In this document: piece by piece, positions 52,576 through 64,000 of the stretch
How the letters are laid out: each line of letters begins with the position of its first letter
Position numbering within the stretch: position 1 is the first letter of the stretch
Origin: Octopus vulgaris
Lineage: Eukaryota
Length of the DNA: 64,000 nucleotides
Assembly (NCBI GenBank): GCA_951406725.2
Contig: OX597818.1
Coordinates: forward strand, 135,036,001 to 135,100,000
Reading direction: 5' to 3'
Notes under the pieces: model-generated
Databases searched by the model: none
What the model was told of the DNA's origin: nothing
Seen by the model: the letters and a program-made list of their open reading frames with translations, nothing else
Program-made: the position numbers and the translations under genes

Positions 52576-53034
52576 TCTATGTGTGTGTGTGAGCATGTAC
52601 TTATTTACATATATGTGTATGTATCTATATATGTGTATGTATCTATATATGTGTGTGTGTCTCATTAACATGACACATGTTTAATAATGGTTTCAAACTT
52701 TGGTATTTCAGAGGAGGTGGGGGGTTCAACTTATGAAAGGCAAAGTTGATCTCAGTAGAATTTGAACTCAGAACATAAGGATGAATAAAATGTCCTTAAG
52801 CATTTTCCCCAGTGTGCTTATGATTCTGCCAACTCACCTCCTTACGAATGTTTACTAATGCTACTTCATGCATTTCCTTTTTGCTGTTTCATATGTGTGT
52901 GTGTGTGTGTGTGTTGATATTTATATATATGCACGTGTATGTATATCATTATTCCTTTAATTGACACATTTATTATCCAGTGACTGAACACACACTTTAT
53001 ATCATAAACATCACATCTTGTCAACATATAATCA

Positions 53035-53220
53035 ATTATGTGATAGCTTCAACACCATTATGTTGTGCATATCATTTATAATAGTGACTGCAACACTGTC
53101 AAACCATGTGTGTCATAATAATTATGACTTCATCACTATCATATTGAGTATGTCATACATTTATGACTTCAATACTGTCATGACATGTCATACATATTTA
53201 TGACTTCAGCATTGCCATAT
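53035..53220. repeat. Degenerate ~40-bp tandem repeat, about 5 copies
   Basis: Recurring ttatgacttca.cactgtcat...tgtcata. Confidence 0.6.
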
Positions 53221-53854
53221 TGTTTAGCATCCCATCCATCCATCTTTGCCCCCTATTTCTAGGAGGTTTGAGATGCTTGGTTCCCAACCACATGGTTCTG
53301 GGTTCAGTACCACTGTGTGGCACCTTGGATAAGTGTCTTCTAATATAGCCCTGGGCTAACCAAAGCCTGGTGAGTGGATTTGGTACAAGCCAGTTGTATA
53401 CGTTTGTGTGTTTCCTTCTCTTAACATTACATGGTTGCTGTGAGTGAATGTCATTCATTTCCAATATTCTGTAAAAACATGTCTGGCTATGAGGAAATGC
53501 TAGCTTTCCTAGAAACAGTTAAGTGCTGATGACAGGAAGGGATCTAGCTGTTGAAAATTTGCCTAGTGGATGTTAAAATGAAGATGATGTCCTGTCAATG
53601 ACATTCTAGAGAGGGTAAAAAAAATAGCTCTGGTCAATGATCTGGTTATTTAGCCTGAGGTCAGCACTAACTGAACAAAGACATTCAAATAATGACCTTC
53701 CCACCTTATTTATAGTAATAGCATATCTCAGATTATATTATCCAGTGAGTCCCTTTTAAGTAAAGAGTTATTTGAGGGAAATTTGGCTGTTATTTCTAGT
53801 TGATACAGTGACCACAGAGAGGTTCTTTCATTAGAATTACATGTAAAGCTACAT

Positions 53855-54610
53855 AGCTGTCTCAATGTTTCTATAGCCACACAGCTGTCCCTATAACCAC
53901 ACAGCTGTCCCTATAGCCACACTGTTGTCCCTATAGCTACACTGCTGTCCCTATAGCCACACTGCTGCCCCTATAGCCACGCTGCTGTCCCTATAACCAC
54001 GCTGCTGTCCCTATAGCCACGCTGCTGTCCCTATAGCCACGCTGCTGTCCCTATAGCCACGCTGCTGTCCCTATAGCCACACTGCTGTCCCTATAACCTC
54101 ACAGCTGTCCCTATAGCCACACTGCTGTCCCTATAGCCACACTGCTGTCCCTATAGCCACACTGCTGTCCCTATAGCCACACTGCTGTCCCTATAGCCAC
54201 ACTGCTGTCCCTATAGCCACACTGCTGTCCCTATAGCCACACTGCTGTCCCTATAGCCACACTGCTGTCCCTATAGCCACACTGCTGTCCCTATAGCCAC
54301 ACTGCTGTCCCTATAGCCACACAGCTGTCCCTATAACCTCACAGCTGTCCCTATAACCACACTGCTGTCGCTATAGCCACACTGCTGTCCCTATAGCCAC
54401 ACTGCTGTCCCTATAGCCACACTGCTGTCCCTATAGCCACATTGCTGTCTCTATAGTCACATAGCTGCCTCTATAGTTAAATAGTTATCTTAATAGTTAC
54501 ATAACTGTCTCCACAGTAACATAACTTTCTCAATAGTTACATAACTTTCTCTATAGTTATATAACTGTCTCTATAACAATATATTTTCCTGGTTATATAG
54601 TTGCATCTAT
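53855..54610. repeat. 20-bp minisatellite ctatagccacactgctgtcc
   Basis: About 28 homogeneous units at 53871-54440, decaying at both ends. Confidence 0.97.
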
Positions 54611-55499
54611 TACTAATGTGTCCATGGCATGGCTGTTTCACTAATAATATACAAGTCTAGTTTCTCATTTGTTTCAACCCCATCACTTTCAATCCTTTAT
54701 TTACTTCACTATTTTGGTATCTCAACTTTAGCTCTCAGCTATATTTCTTACCGTAGCAAGTGATAAGGGCAACACTATGTGAGTGGTTGGGGACAGATCA
54801 ATGCCTGTAATATGATTTACTTAAGTAGGTGATAGGCCTTTTACACTAACCTACTCAGTGGTTTCTGCTACTATCTCCCCTAGAACTTATTGTTTGTTTA
54901 TAAGTAAAAGCGGAAAAAACAAAAACATTTTGTAACCAGAAACACATAATGTTTTTTCCCTCATTTTTCTACAAGTTGAGTTTTCTACATCTTTATTTCT
55001 GAAGAAGTAGAAATCTTTTACAGCCAATTATCAAAATAACAGCAATACTAAGAACTTTAACTGCCTAATGTGTCATTATATCAGAAAATCTCTCGTCCAA
55101 ACACAGGCAATGTAAATCTTTTTGTGAAATGTCTCTCACTGGAAATTAACTTCTTACTACTTCCTTTTCCGGCAGAACAATAGCATTTAAATTTCCTGTC
55201 TGAGAACAGGAAAAGATATTGGTACAATTTACTTCAAAAGTTCATTAATTACATTCCACATTTCAACCTTCAGTATTTTTACATAAATACACAAGTATAT
55301 ACGTCTACACACATAAATATATAACTGTACATACATACTCACACATATACATACAAGAATATATATATATATATATACATATATACATACACACACACAC
55401 ATAGTGTGTGTGTGTATGTGTACACTTACTTATACATACACAAATACACATCTACATGCAGATACTCAATGATAAACATGAATGTATATATGTGTATAT

Positions 55500-55515
55500 A
55501 CATTTGTAAGGTTGC

Positions 55516-55561
<46 letters not shown>

Positions 55562-55574
55562 ATTATTATATATA

Positions 55575-55616
<42 letters not shown>

Positions 55617-55625
55617 GTACACACT

Positions 55626-55665
<40 letters not shown>

Positions 55666-55667
55666 CT

Positions 55668-55713
<46 letters not shown>

Positions 55714-55715
55714 CT

Positions 55716-55762
<47 letters not shown>

Positions 55763-55772
55763 GTATATATAT
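55500..55772. repeat. Compound (TG)n/(TA)n with three gtacacactctt interruptions
   Basis: Directly visible. Confidence 0.9.
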
Positions 55773-56351
55773 GCAACCTTACAAACACAATATATTTAGA
55801 TGACATTTCTGGTTATATCATTAAAAATAGCACTATATGTGGTTATACACGTGACAAACAGACAGATAAGTTTAAGCTTGTGTAACGCACACAGCCATTT
55901 TAGCAGAATTGCCGAAGGTTCAACTGAATGAAATGCAAACATGCTAATTAGGCAATTTCGCCAATGCTTGTTTAGTAATTACTGTTGTAACAAGCACTGA
56001 ACACTCTTTTAACATGATTTAATTTTTTGCTCTTTCTTGTGATTGTCTTTGCTTTCTATATTTTAATGGTTTGACTGACATTGGTAAAGGTCTGAGAATA
56101 TTGTATAGTCAGACCATCATCATATTGAATCTTCTGAAGACAGAAAAACTATATTCTAGGACTAATGAACTGGTAGAATGGTAACAGAATGGTAAAAAAC
56201 TTCAAATTTGATATTTGCCAGTTGTAATATATTCAAAGACTACAGTTTGGTAGTTCAAGTCTTACCGTGGTCACTAAAAAGACTTCGGCACTACAAATTA
56301 AAAAAACCCACATCAGTTTTACAATGCTGCCAGTGAACTGTTTGTGGGTAT

Positions 56352-57033
56352 CAGGAATTTCTATAAACATCAATGGAATTTGTATCTTTGTGGTACCAGT
56401 GCCGGTGGCACATAAGAAAACCATCCGAACGTGGCCGTAGCTAGTACCGCATCGACTGGCCTCCGTGCTGTGGGCACGTAACAAACACCATCCGATCGTG
56501 GCCGTTCGCCAGCCTCGTCTGGCACCTGTGTCGGTGGCACATAAAAAACACCATCCAAGCGTGGCCGTTCGCCAGCCTCGTCTGGCACCTGTGTCGGTGG
56601 CACATAAAAAACACCATCCGAGCGTGGCCGTTCGCCAGCCTCGTCTGGCACCTGTGTCGGTGGCACATAAAAAACACCATCCAAGCGTGGCCATTCGCCA
56701 GCCTCGTCTGGCACCTGTGTCGGTGGCACATAAAAAACACCATTCAACCTTCACTCCGCCAGCCTCGTCTGGCACCTGTGTCGGTGGCACATAAAAAACG
56801 CCATCCGAGCGTGGCCATTCGCCAGCCTCGTCTGGCACCTGTGTCGGTGGCACATAAAATCACCACTACACTCTCGGAGTGGTTGGCGTTAGGAAGGGCA
56901 TCCAGCTGTAGAAACACTGCCAGATCTGACTGGCCTCGTGCAGCCTTCGGGCTTCCCAGACCCCAATTGAACCGTCCAACCCATGCTAGCATGGAAAGCA
57001 GACGTTAAACGATGATGATGATGATGATGATGA
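56352..57033 (+). mobile_element. RTE LINE 3'UTR, young subfamily, with about six 63-bp tandem units and (GAT)n tail
   Basis: Unit ccatccgagcgtggccgttcgccagcctcgtctggcacctgtgtcggtggcacataaaaaaca, followed by the same terminal segment as 48920-49084. Confidence 0.9.
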
Positions 57034-57420
57034 CATGACCACTAGAATCTGTCAGTTCTGTGAACAATGATACACACAATGCTTACCATAGTGTTCCTGG
57101 TTCAGTTCTTAGGTACCTTGACCATAAGTCTTCAACCATAAGCTTCATACTGACCTATATCTACCAGTGAAATTTGGCCAGCAAAAGTTGTACAGAAGTG
57201 TGAGTGTGCACATAACCAATAAGCAAAGGCATGGTTGTGTGGTCAACAAATTTATTTGACAGCCATGTGGTTTCAGGTTAAATCCAACCATGCACAATTT
57301 GAGTAAGTGTCTTAATTATAGCCTCAGGTTGATGAATGCTTTGTGAGTGAAATTTGCCAGGCAGAAACTGTGCAGAAGCTCGTGGTGTGTGTGTGTGTGT
57401 GTGTGCGAGCGAGCACACAC

Positions 57421-57642
57421 AGGCGGCGAGCTGGCAGAATCGTTAGCACATCGGGCGAAATGCTTAGCGGTATTTCGGCTGCCGTTACGTTGTGAGTTCA
57501 AATTCCGCCCAGGTCGACTTTGCCTTTCATCCTTTCGGGGTCGATAAATTAAGTACCAGTTACGCACTGGGGTCGATGTAATCGACTTAATACCTATGTT
57601 TGTCCCCTCTATGTTTAGCCCCTTGTGGGTAATAAAGAAATA
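57421..57642 (+). mobile_element. Meta/MESC-core SINE inserted in the (TG)n of an older SINE
   Basis: As 22008-22240. Confidence 0.88.
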
Positions 57643-58071
57643 GGTGTGTGTGTGTGTGTGTGCACACGCATGCGTGCATGTGTCGATGGTGTCCATTGAT
57701 GAAATATGTACACGTCAGTGGGCGAAAACCAATAGAAATGGTATTTTCAAACAAAAATACCTCATGTAGTATCGGTTCCACCCAAACTGCACAGACCTCC
57801 CTTACCACCGTCACCATAATAAAAGCAATGAGCCAGTGAATGGTCTGTTGATAACACATGTAACTAAGTTATTATTCCCAGAAGACAACATGTGACTAAT
57901 AAAGCTGTTGTTTACAAAACTCTGATATGGAAATTTAACACAAATTTAAACAATCACACTGACAGGGAAATGTTAACCAAATTCAGTTCCCATATTTTAT
58001 ATATTCTCCATACACTTACATAGCTTCCCATTCTTATGGTTTCCATATTCTTATATTCATATTCTTAATAT

Positions 58072-58454
58072 GGAGGCGCAATGGCCCAGTGGTTAGGGCA
58101 GCAGACTCGCGGTCATAGGATCGCGGTTTCGATTCCCAGACCGGGCGTTGTGAGTGTTTATTGAGCGAAAACACCTAAAAGCTCCACGAGGCTCTGGCAG
58201 GGGATGGTGGTGATCCCTGCTGTACTCTTTCGCCACAACTTTCTCTCACTCTTACTTCCTGTTTCTGTTGTACCTGTATTTCAAGGGGCCGGCCTTGTCA
58301 CTCTCTGTGTCACGCTGAATATCCCGAGAACTACGTTAAGGGTGCACATGTCTGTGGAGTGCTCAGCCACTTACACATTAATTTCCCGAGCAGGCTGTTC
58401 CGTTGATTCGGATCAACCGGAACCCTCATCGTCGTAACCGACGGAGTGCTTCCA
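58072..58454 (+). mobile_element. OR1-like SINE flanked by 71-bp direct repeats
   Basis: Full length; 58001-58071 and 58459-58529 differ at 3 positions. Confidence 0.9.
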
Positions 58455-58785
58455 TCCCATATTCTCCCTACACTTACATAGCTTCCCATTCTTATAGCTT
58501 CCATATTCTTATATTCATATTCTTAATATTCTTATCCTCATTGTCATCATCAGCATCATCATCATTGTTGTTTTAATATCCACTTTTCCATGCTTGTATG
58601 AGTCAGACAGATTTTGTTGAGGTAAATTTTCTACAGCTGGATGCTCTTCCTGTTGCCAACCTGCATTTGTTTCCAAGCAAGATAATATTTCCCCATGGTT
58701 AGACAGGTTTCCACAAACGATTGAGAACAAAGGACAAGATGGTGATACTAGCAACTTTCATGTGATGTCAAGGCAAAAAGACACT

Positions 58786-58817
<32 letters not shown>

Positions 58818-58823
<6 letters not shown>

Positions 58824-59131
58824 GAGATCTCAGCTTACAGATGCCTCATCAAAATCAGTTAGAAACAAATCAGTTTAGAAACAATTTTTCGAACATAAAA
58901 CGTCTCAGGTGATGGATGGCATCTTGAGTAACAAACATATAAGCCTGCAACAACGGTTTGGTGACAGGCTGGGAGTATCAGTAGATGAGCAACAGTTGCT
59001 GTTTAGCATTTGCTCAGTATGCATCCTTGCTCGAATTCACTGTAACTTCTCTGGAATTTTGGTTTATGAACATTTCAGGTGATGAACAGCCTTCAAGAAC
59101 AAATTAAATTCATAAGCCAAGATTGAAATGT
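58818..59131. mobile_element. Degraded Tigger-type MITE
   Basis: Termini gtgagatctcagcttac / taagccaagattgaaatg-ta resemble cagtg..cctcggcttacgaa TIRs. Confidence 0.45.
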
Positions 59132-60101
59132 ATATACACATATGACAGGTTTCTTTGAGTTCCCATCAACCAAATCCACTCACAAGGCTTTGATCAAACC
59201 AAGGTTATAGCAAAAGGCATTGACCAAAGTTCCACCAAGTGAGACTGAACCCAAAACCGCGTGGCTGTTAAACAAACTTCTTACCATGCAGCAATGCCGG
59301 TATCTATTCTTATATTCTCCATATTTTTTGAGAATATTTGTACAAGAATTAAGAATGCTTCTTCATGTTTTTTTAGAAATACAGTTCTGTAAATATATGC
59401 CAATTCCATTGGATGAGTTTCAAGGTAATCAGTGATAAAATGGCCTTCAGAAATGGGAGTTGTTAGCACTGATACAAACAGTTATTGGCATCAAATAAAC
59501 CACCACAGACTAACCAGTATCAGGAGTTGTGTAGCAGCAACTATGATTCCAGTGTGTTAAGAAAATGGTTAAGGAACCCTGTGTGTGTGTCTGTGAGAGA
59601 TAGAGGGGTGGGGGAGAGAGAAGGGGGAGAGAGCATACCTATGTGTTTGTTTACATTTGTACTCAACAAAAGTCACTTGCTATTAGCATTGTTGTTGTTA
59701 CTTCTCTTGTCAACAAATTGTTCTCTTGCTTTGAGCTTTGAAGAAGTGTAAAATAAGAGATTTCTTACTTGAAGAACAGCCAAGGGTTAGCAACAGAGAA
59801 AGCCTGTGACTATAAAACAATGCCTTGATACCTGTATAGCCCTTGCAAGCATGATAAGCATAAAAACAAATGAACACATAAATACACATTCATACACATA
59901 CATTCACAAACATACACACATACATATATATATGTGCAAGCATACAAGCAAATAGTCATCATTGTCATTTTGCATCTGCCTTCCATGCAGGTATGAGTTT
60001 CTTTCAATAGGATCCAGTGAATTGAAGGACCACAACTTACTTCAGTGTCTCAATTTTGGTGTGGTTTCTATGGCTGAATACCCTTCCCTAACATCTTTCT
60101 T

Positions 60102-60492
60102 TTACTCTTTTACTTGTTTCAGTCATTTGACTGCGGCCATGCTGGAGCACCGCCTTTAGTCGAGCACATCGACCCCGGGACTTATTCTTTGTAAGCCCAG
60201 TACTTATTCTATCGGTCTCTTTTGCCGAACCACTAAGTTACGGGGACGTAAACACACAAGCATCGGTTGTCAAGTGATGTTGTGGGGGGGGGGGGGACAA
60301 ACATATAGACACACACACACATATATATATACATATATACGACGGGCTTCTTTCAGTTTCCGTCTGCCAAATCCACTCACAAGGCTTTGGTTGGCCCGAG
60401 GCTATAGCAGAAGACACTTGCCCAAGGTGCCACGCAGTGGGACTGAACCCGGAACCATGTGGTTGGTAAACAAGCTACTTACCACACAGCCA
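60102..60492 (-). mobile_element. OK-like SINE
   Basis: Reverse copy, slightly clipped at the 5' end. Confidence 0.9.
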
Positions 60493-62546
60493 CATCACTT
60501 TACAATGTTTTTTAGGCACCAAAACATCATAAGTTCTCACTCTCAGAAAGACTGAAAAGTCCTCTCAACTCTATTGTCTCTACTTTACAGAATGTACTGG
60601 GTGCTTTTTGCTTTTCATTTTATTTATCTACAAGATGTATTTATCTACAAATGCTTTTACTATATAAAAAGATTTAATCAAGAGGATAAAGATGAATAAA
60701 TTATAATCAACTGATAATCAGTCTTTAATTATAAATCAATCAAAAACAAATAATTAGTAATAAGTTATTAGTTGTTAACCAATGTGGCAAAATGGTAAAA
60801 TGAACAGTTACTTTGGACAAAATTATCTTTAGACAAAATCAATCAAGCTTTGGACAAAATCAATCATTAACTAGAAATTGGAAACTATTTCAGGAGAATA
60901 TCAATAGTAAGGGAATAGGGGAAACAAGCATAAAATACTGCCAATTAGATCTTACTGAGATGGTGGTGGTGGTGGTGATGGTGGTGGTGAGGAGGTGTAG
61001 GATGTGAGCATGTCAGAAACCTTTCTTAAGACAAGTATGTGCAGTATGTATAAGACAATGATTAAGCAAGCCTATTGTAATTTATGGACTTTGAATCTTA
61101 GCCCTTAATCAGCAAACAAGGAGAGCGAGTACATGGAAACACTCCCCAAACACCCCTACTGTCTTTCAATGTAGCTTTGACCCTATAAATATAAACGCGA
61201 AATTAGCAATCCTGTAATCTAAGCAATCAGTCAAATAAAACATGCGAAGGTCACAGCTAGAGCCCTGAAGTCAAACAGACTTGACAAGACCCCATACATT
61301 CATAGACACACTCAGACTAATCTATCTCAGTCCCTTCTTCACAATGTTACTTCATCTGTTTAGGGCCTCTTCTCTGTTTATCTTTCAATCAATTAATTAC
61401 CTAATTGATTTTATCTGATGAAACTAATTCAAAACATCAATGTTCTTCTTTCTCTAAGTATATGACCCTTAAACCAACAACATATTATCCCCCACCACTG
61501 TGCCCTCCTCACATTGTTACAACCAGCAAAAAGACATGTGACACACAAGGATGGTGGGTGGGCTACTTTCCCAACCTTCACCACTCGGTTGCTACACAAA
61601 ACATTACACGCCTCAAGTGTGTAATGGTAACTTTCTTTAATAACATTGTGTGTGCGTGCGCGCGTGTGCATACACACACACACACACACACACATGCATG
61701 CATAAACACTCCTAATGTTTTTGCTCCTTCCACTTCTACTCCTAAAGAGGTCAAGATGTAGTAAATGCGACCTACTTTTGAACTCCTACTCTACTTCAGT
61801 AGTTCCTTGTCATCCCACACCCACTTTACAGAACTAATCAGCCAATCAGCTACGAAGAAGCAGAAACTTATCTCCCACCATGTCCTTCCTCCACCGCCTC
61901 CTCCTCTCTCCTTCTTATGCCAGTTTCAAAGTTTACTTTTCCTCCATCGCAATCACAACATTTAAAAATAGCTTTTAAGAAAAACAAAAAGCAGAAATCT
62001 TTCTTTTCTGGTACAATACTGAGAAACCTCTTGTTGCAAGGAAGAACAAATCTCTTTTTCTTTTTAAAGTATTATTAATTAAGCAGACACCAGAAAATTT
62101 GGTGTACAGAGCTGAATGCAATAACTGATCTGTTGTCATTATTGGTTTTAAAACTTAACTGTATTCCATCAATGAGTAGAAATAACATAACAGGTTGTAG
62201 CAGTTATTCAGTAAGCAATATGCTTTGTATCACAGGCTTACACAACATCCTGCTCAGGATGTCTTGTATTTGTCAACATTTAGTTATGTCCTTTTATGTT
62301 GTGAATTAAAACCCTGTTAAAGCCAATTTTGTTTCTTGAGCTAATAAAAGAAAGTATAAGTTATGTAATGAGATTGATTTTATACTTGGATAATAAAAGG
62401 GTCTACTAGAACTCCCCACTTCCTGTTGTAATCCTTATTCATACTTATATATGTTCCCTTGAGCATACTGTCTACATAGATCATATACTCCATTCAATAA
62501 ACTCTATTCACACACCATATTTGAAACATATATATATATATATATA

Positions 62547-62924
62547 GGCGCAGGAGTGGCTGTGTGGTAAGTAGCTTGTTTACCAGCCACATGGTTCTGG
62601 GTTCAGTCCCACTGCGTGGCATCTTGGGCAAGTATCTTCTGCTATATCCCCGGGCCGACCAATGCCTTGTGAGTGGATTTGGTAGACGGAAACTGAAAGA
62701 AGCCTGTCGTATATATGTATATATATATATGTGTGTGTGTGTGTGTTTGTGTGTCTGTGTTCGTCCCCCTAGCATTGCTTGACAACCGATGCTGGTGTGT
62801 TTATGTCCCCGTTACTTAGTGGTTCGGCAAAAGAGACCGATAGAATAAGTACTGGGCTTACAAAAAGAATAAGTCCCGGGGTCGAGTTGCTCGACTAAAG
62901 GCGGTGCTCCAGAGTAAAGAGTAT
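62547..62924 (+). mobile_element. OK-like SINE with a deletion in the 3' tail
   Basis: gctcc is joined directly to agagtaaagagta. Confidence 0.9.
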
Positions 62925-63383
62925 ACATATGTCCTGTTGAGTTCAAGTCAAGATAATCATCATCATTTTATGCTCACTTTTTCATGCTGGCATAGGTTGG
63001 ACAATTTCAGAGTATCCAATGTGTGAGAAGGATGTCTTGCTCCAGTGTCTCAGTTTTGGCATGGACAAACTAGTTACAAAGTGAACTAGGCACTTAGTAT
63101 CCATGGTACAAGAAAAACAAGTCAGGTGCCTTGTAAGTCATAACTTTAAACAACACACAGGGAAAAGGGAAGGTACTTTATGTGAGATGTTGAATGTGAC
63201 ATTAGGGTTAATGGTGTGACATCTTTACGGATGTACTTCACAACTCCACCATGACTTTGTTCTCATCTGGGTGTATGGAACTAAACATATATTGGTATCT
63301 GTAACTCTGGATCAATTATGTCTGCAGAGAGAGATGTTCTTGAAAATAAAAATTTATCTATTCTGTTACATGTAATATGGCTT

Positions 63384-63473
<90 letters not shown>

Positions 63474-64000
63474 TTCCTTATGCATTTAAAAACTGAGCTG
63501 TCGATGTTGAGGTACAGTGTATTGAAAGATTCAGTAATCTTTCGGCTTCCAAATAAACTTAATTTTCAATCACTTATTTTCTATGTTATCTCAGCAACCA
63601 GCTAAAGTTATTTGAAAGGCACAAGTAAAGTTGGTTTTAATTGTGAACCTCTCTTCCTGTTCAAATAGGAATTCTGAGCCTTCCTGTAGTTAGGGGTATG
63701 TTCCACAGTTTGGACGTCCACATTTTTCAACCATTGGTTTTGTGGTTGTTGTGTAAAGCTCCACATTTGTCAGGTCTTTTCAGCGATTTGTGTTGCTTTT
63801 TGCATTTTATGTGTTTTCTGAATGTTGTTCATTTTTTAATCCCTAGTGAGCAGAGGTAAATTTTGAACAATGTTAATTGCAATTTGGTTGTTGACTTTTT
63901 TTTATCTTAATATCTAAGAAAGAGGGCCGTTCTTTGCTATATTCTCTTATAAATTGAATGTTAGGTTTTGTATTATTTAGTATTGATTTAAATTCCAAAA

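Noticed and set aside
55406-55885. Long YI/CV/HT-rich ORFs (also 7455-8052 and 37616-38212)
   Set aside because: Dinucleotide microsatellites lack stop codons.
56497-56530. HDV-like ribozyme resemblance (ggcc..ccagcctc..ctggc)
   Set aside because: Could not build P1, P1.1 and P2 or find the J4/2 catalytic C.
56488-56860. CRISPR-like regular repeats and the 206-aa repetitive ORF
   Set aside because: Units are contiguous with no unique spacers, sit in an RTE 3'UTR, and no cas genes exist in this eukaryotic context.
1-64000. Conserved bilaterian miRNAs, rRNA, snRNA
   Set aside because: No matches recognised by eye; a Rfam/MirGeneDB scan is needed to exclude them formally.

Overview
AT-rich eukaryotic DNA packed with (TA)n/(CA)n microsatellites. 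It is almost certainly an octopus (Octopodidae) intronic or intergenic region: the dominant repeats match the description of the tRNA-derived octopus OK, OR1 and OR2 SINEs, plus a Meta/MESC-core SINE. It also holds fossils of RTE, CR1 and probably Tx1 LINEs, Penelope-like remnants with hammerhead ribozyme motifs, mariner and Tigger/pogo transposase pseudogenes, TTAA MITEs and non-autonomous Helitrons. No long host ORF exists, and nearly all ORF-track entries are microsatellite or SINE artefacts. The strongest unexplained signal is an ungapped 69-bp imperfect fold-back at 20659-20873, where 14 of 17 non-Watson-Crick positions are A:C or G:U. Its right arm coincides with an exon-like segment, which is the geometry of an ADAR exon/ECS duplex. 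Across the unique islands there is also a series of + strand 3' splice-site-like sequences inside local stems, read either as short phase-1 terminal exons or as AG|GT recursive-splicing points. That array is suggestive only. The host gene and its strand could not be identified.
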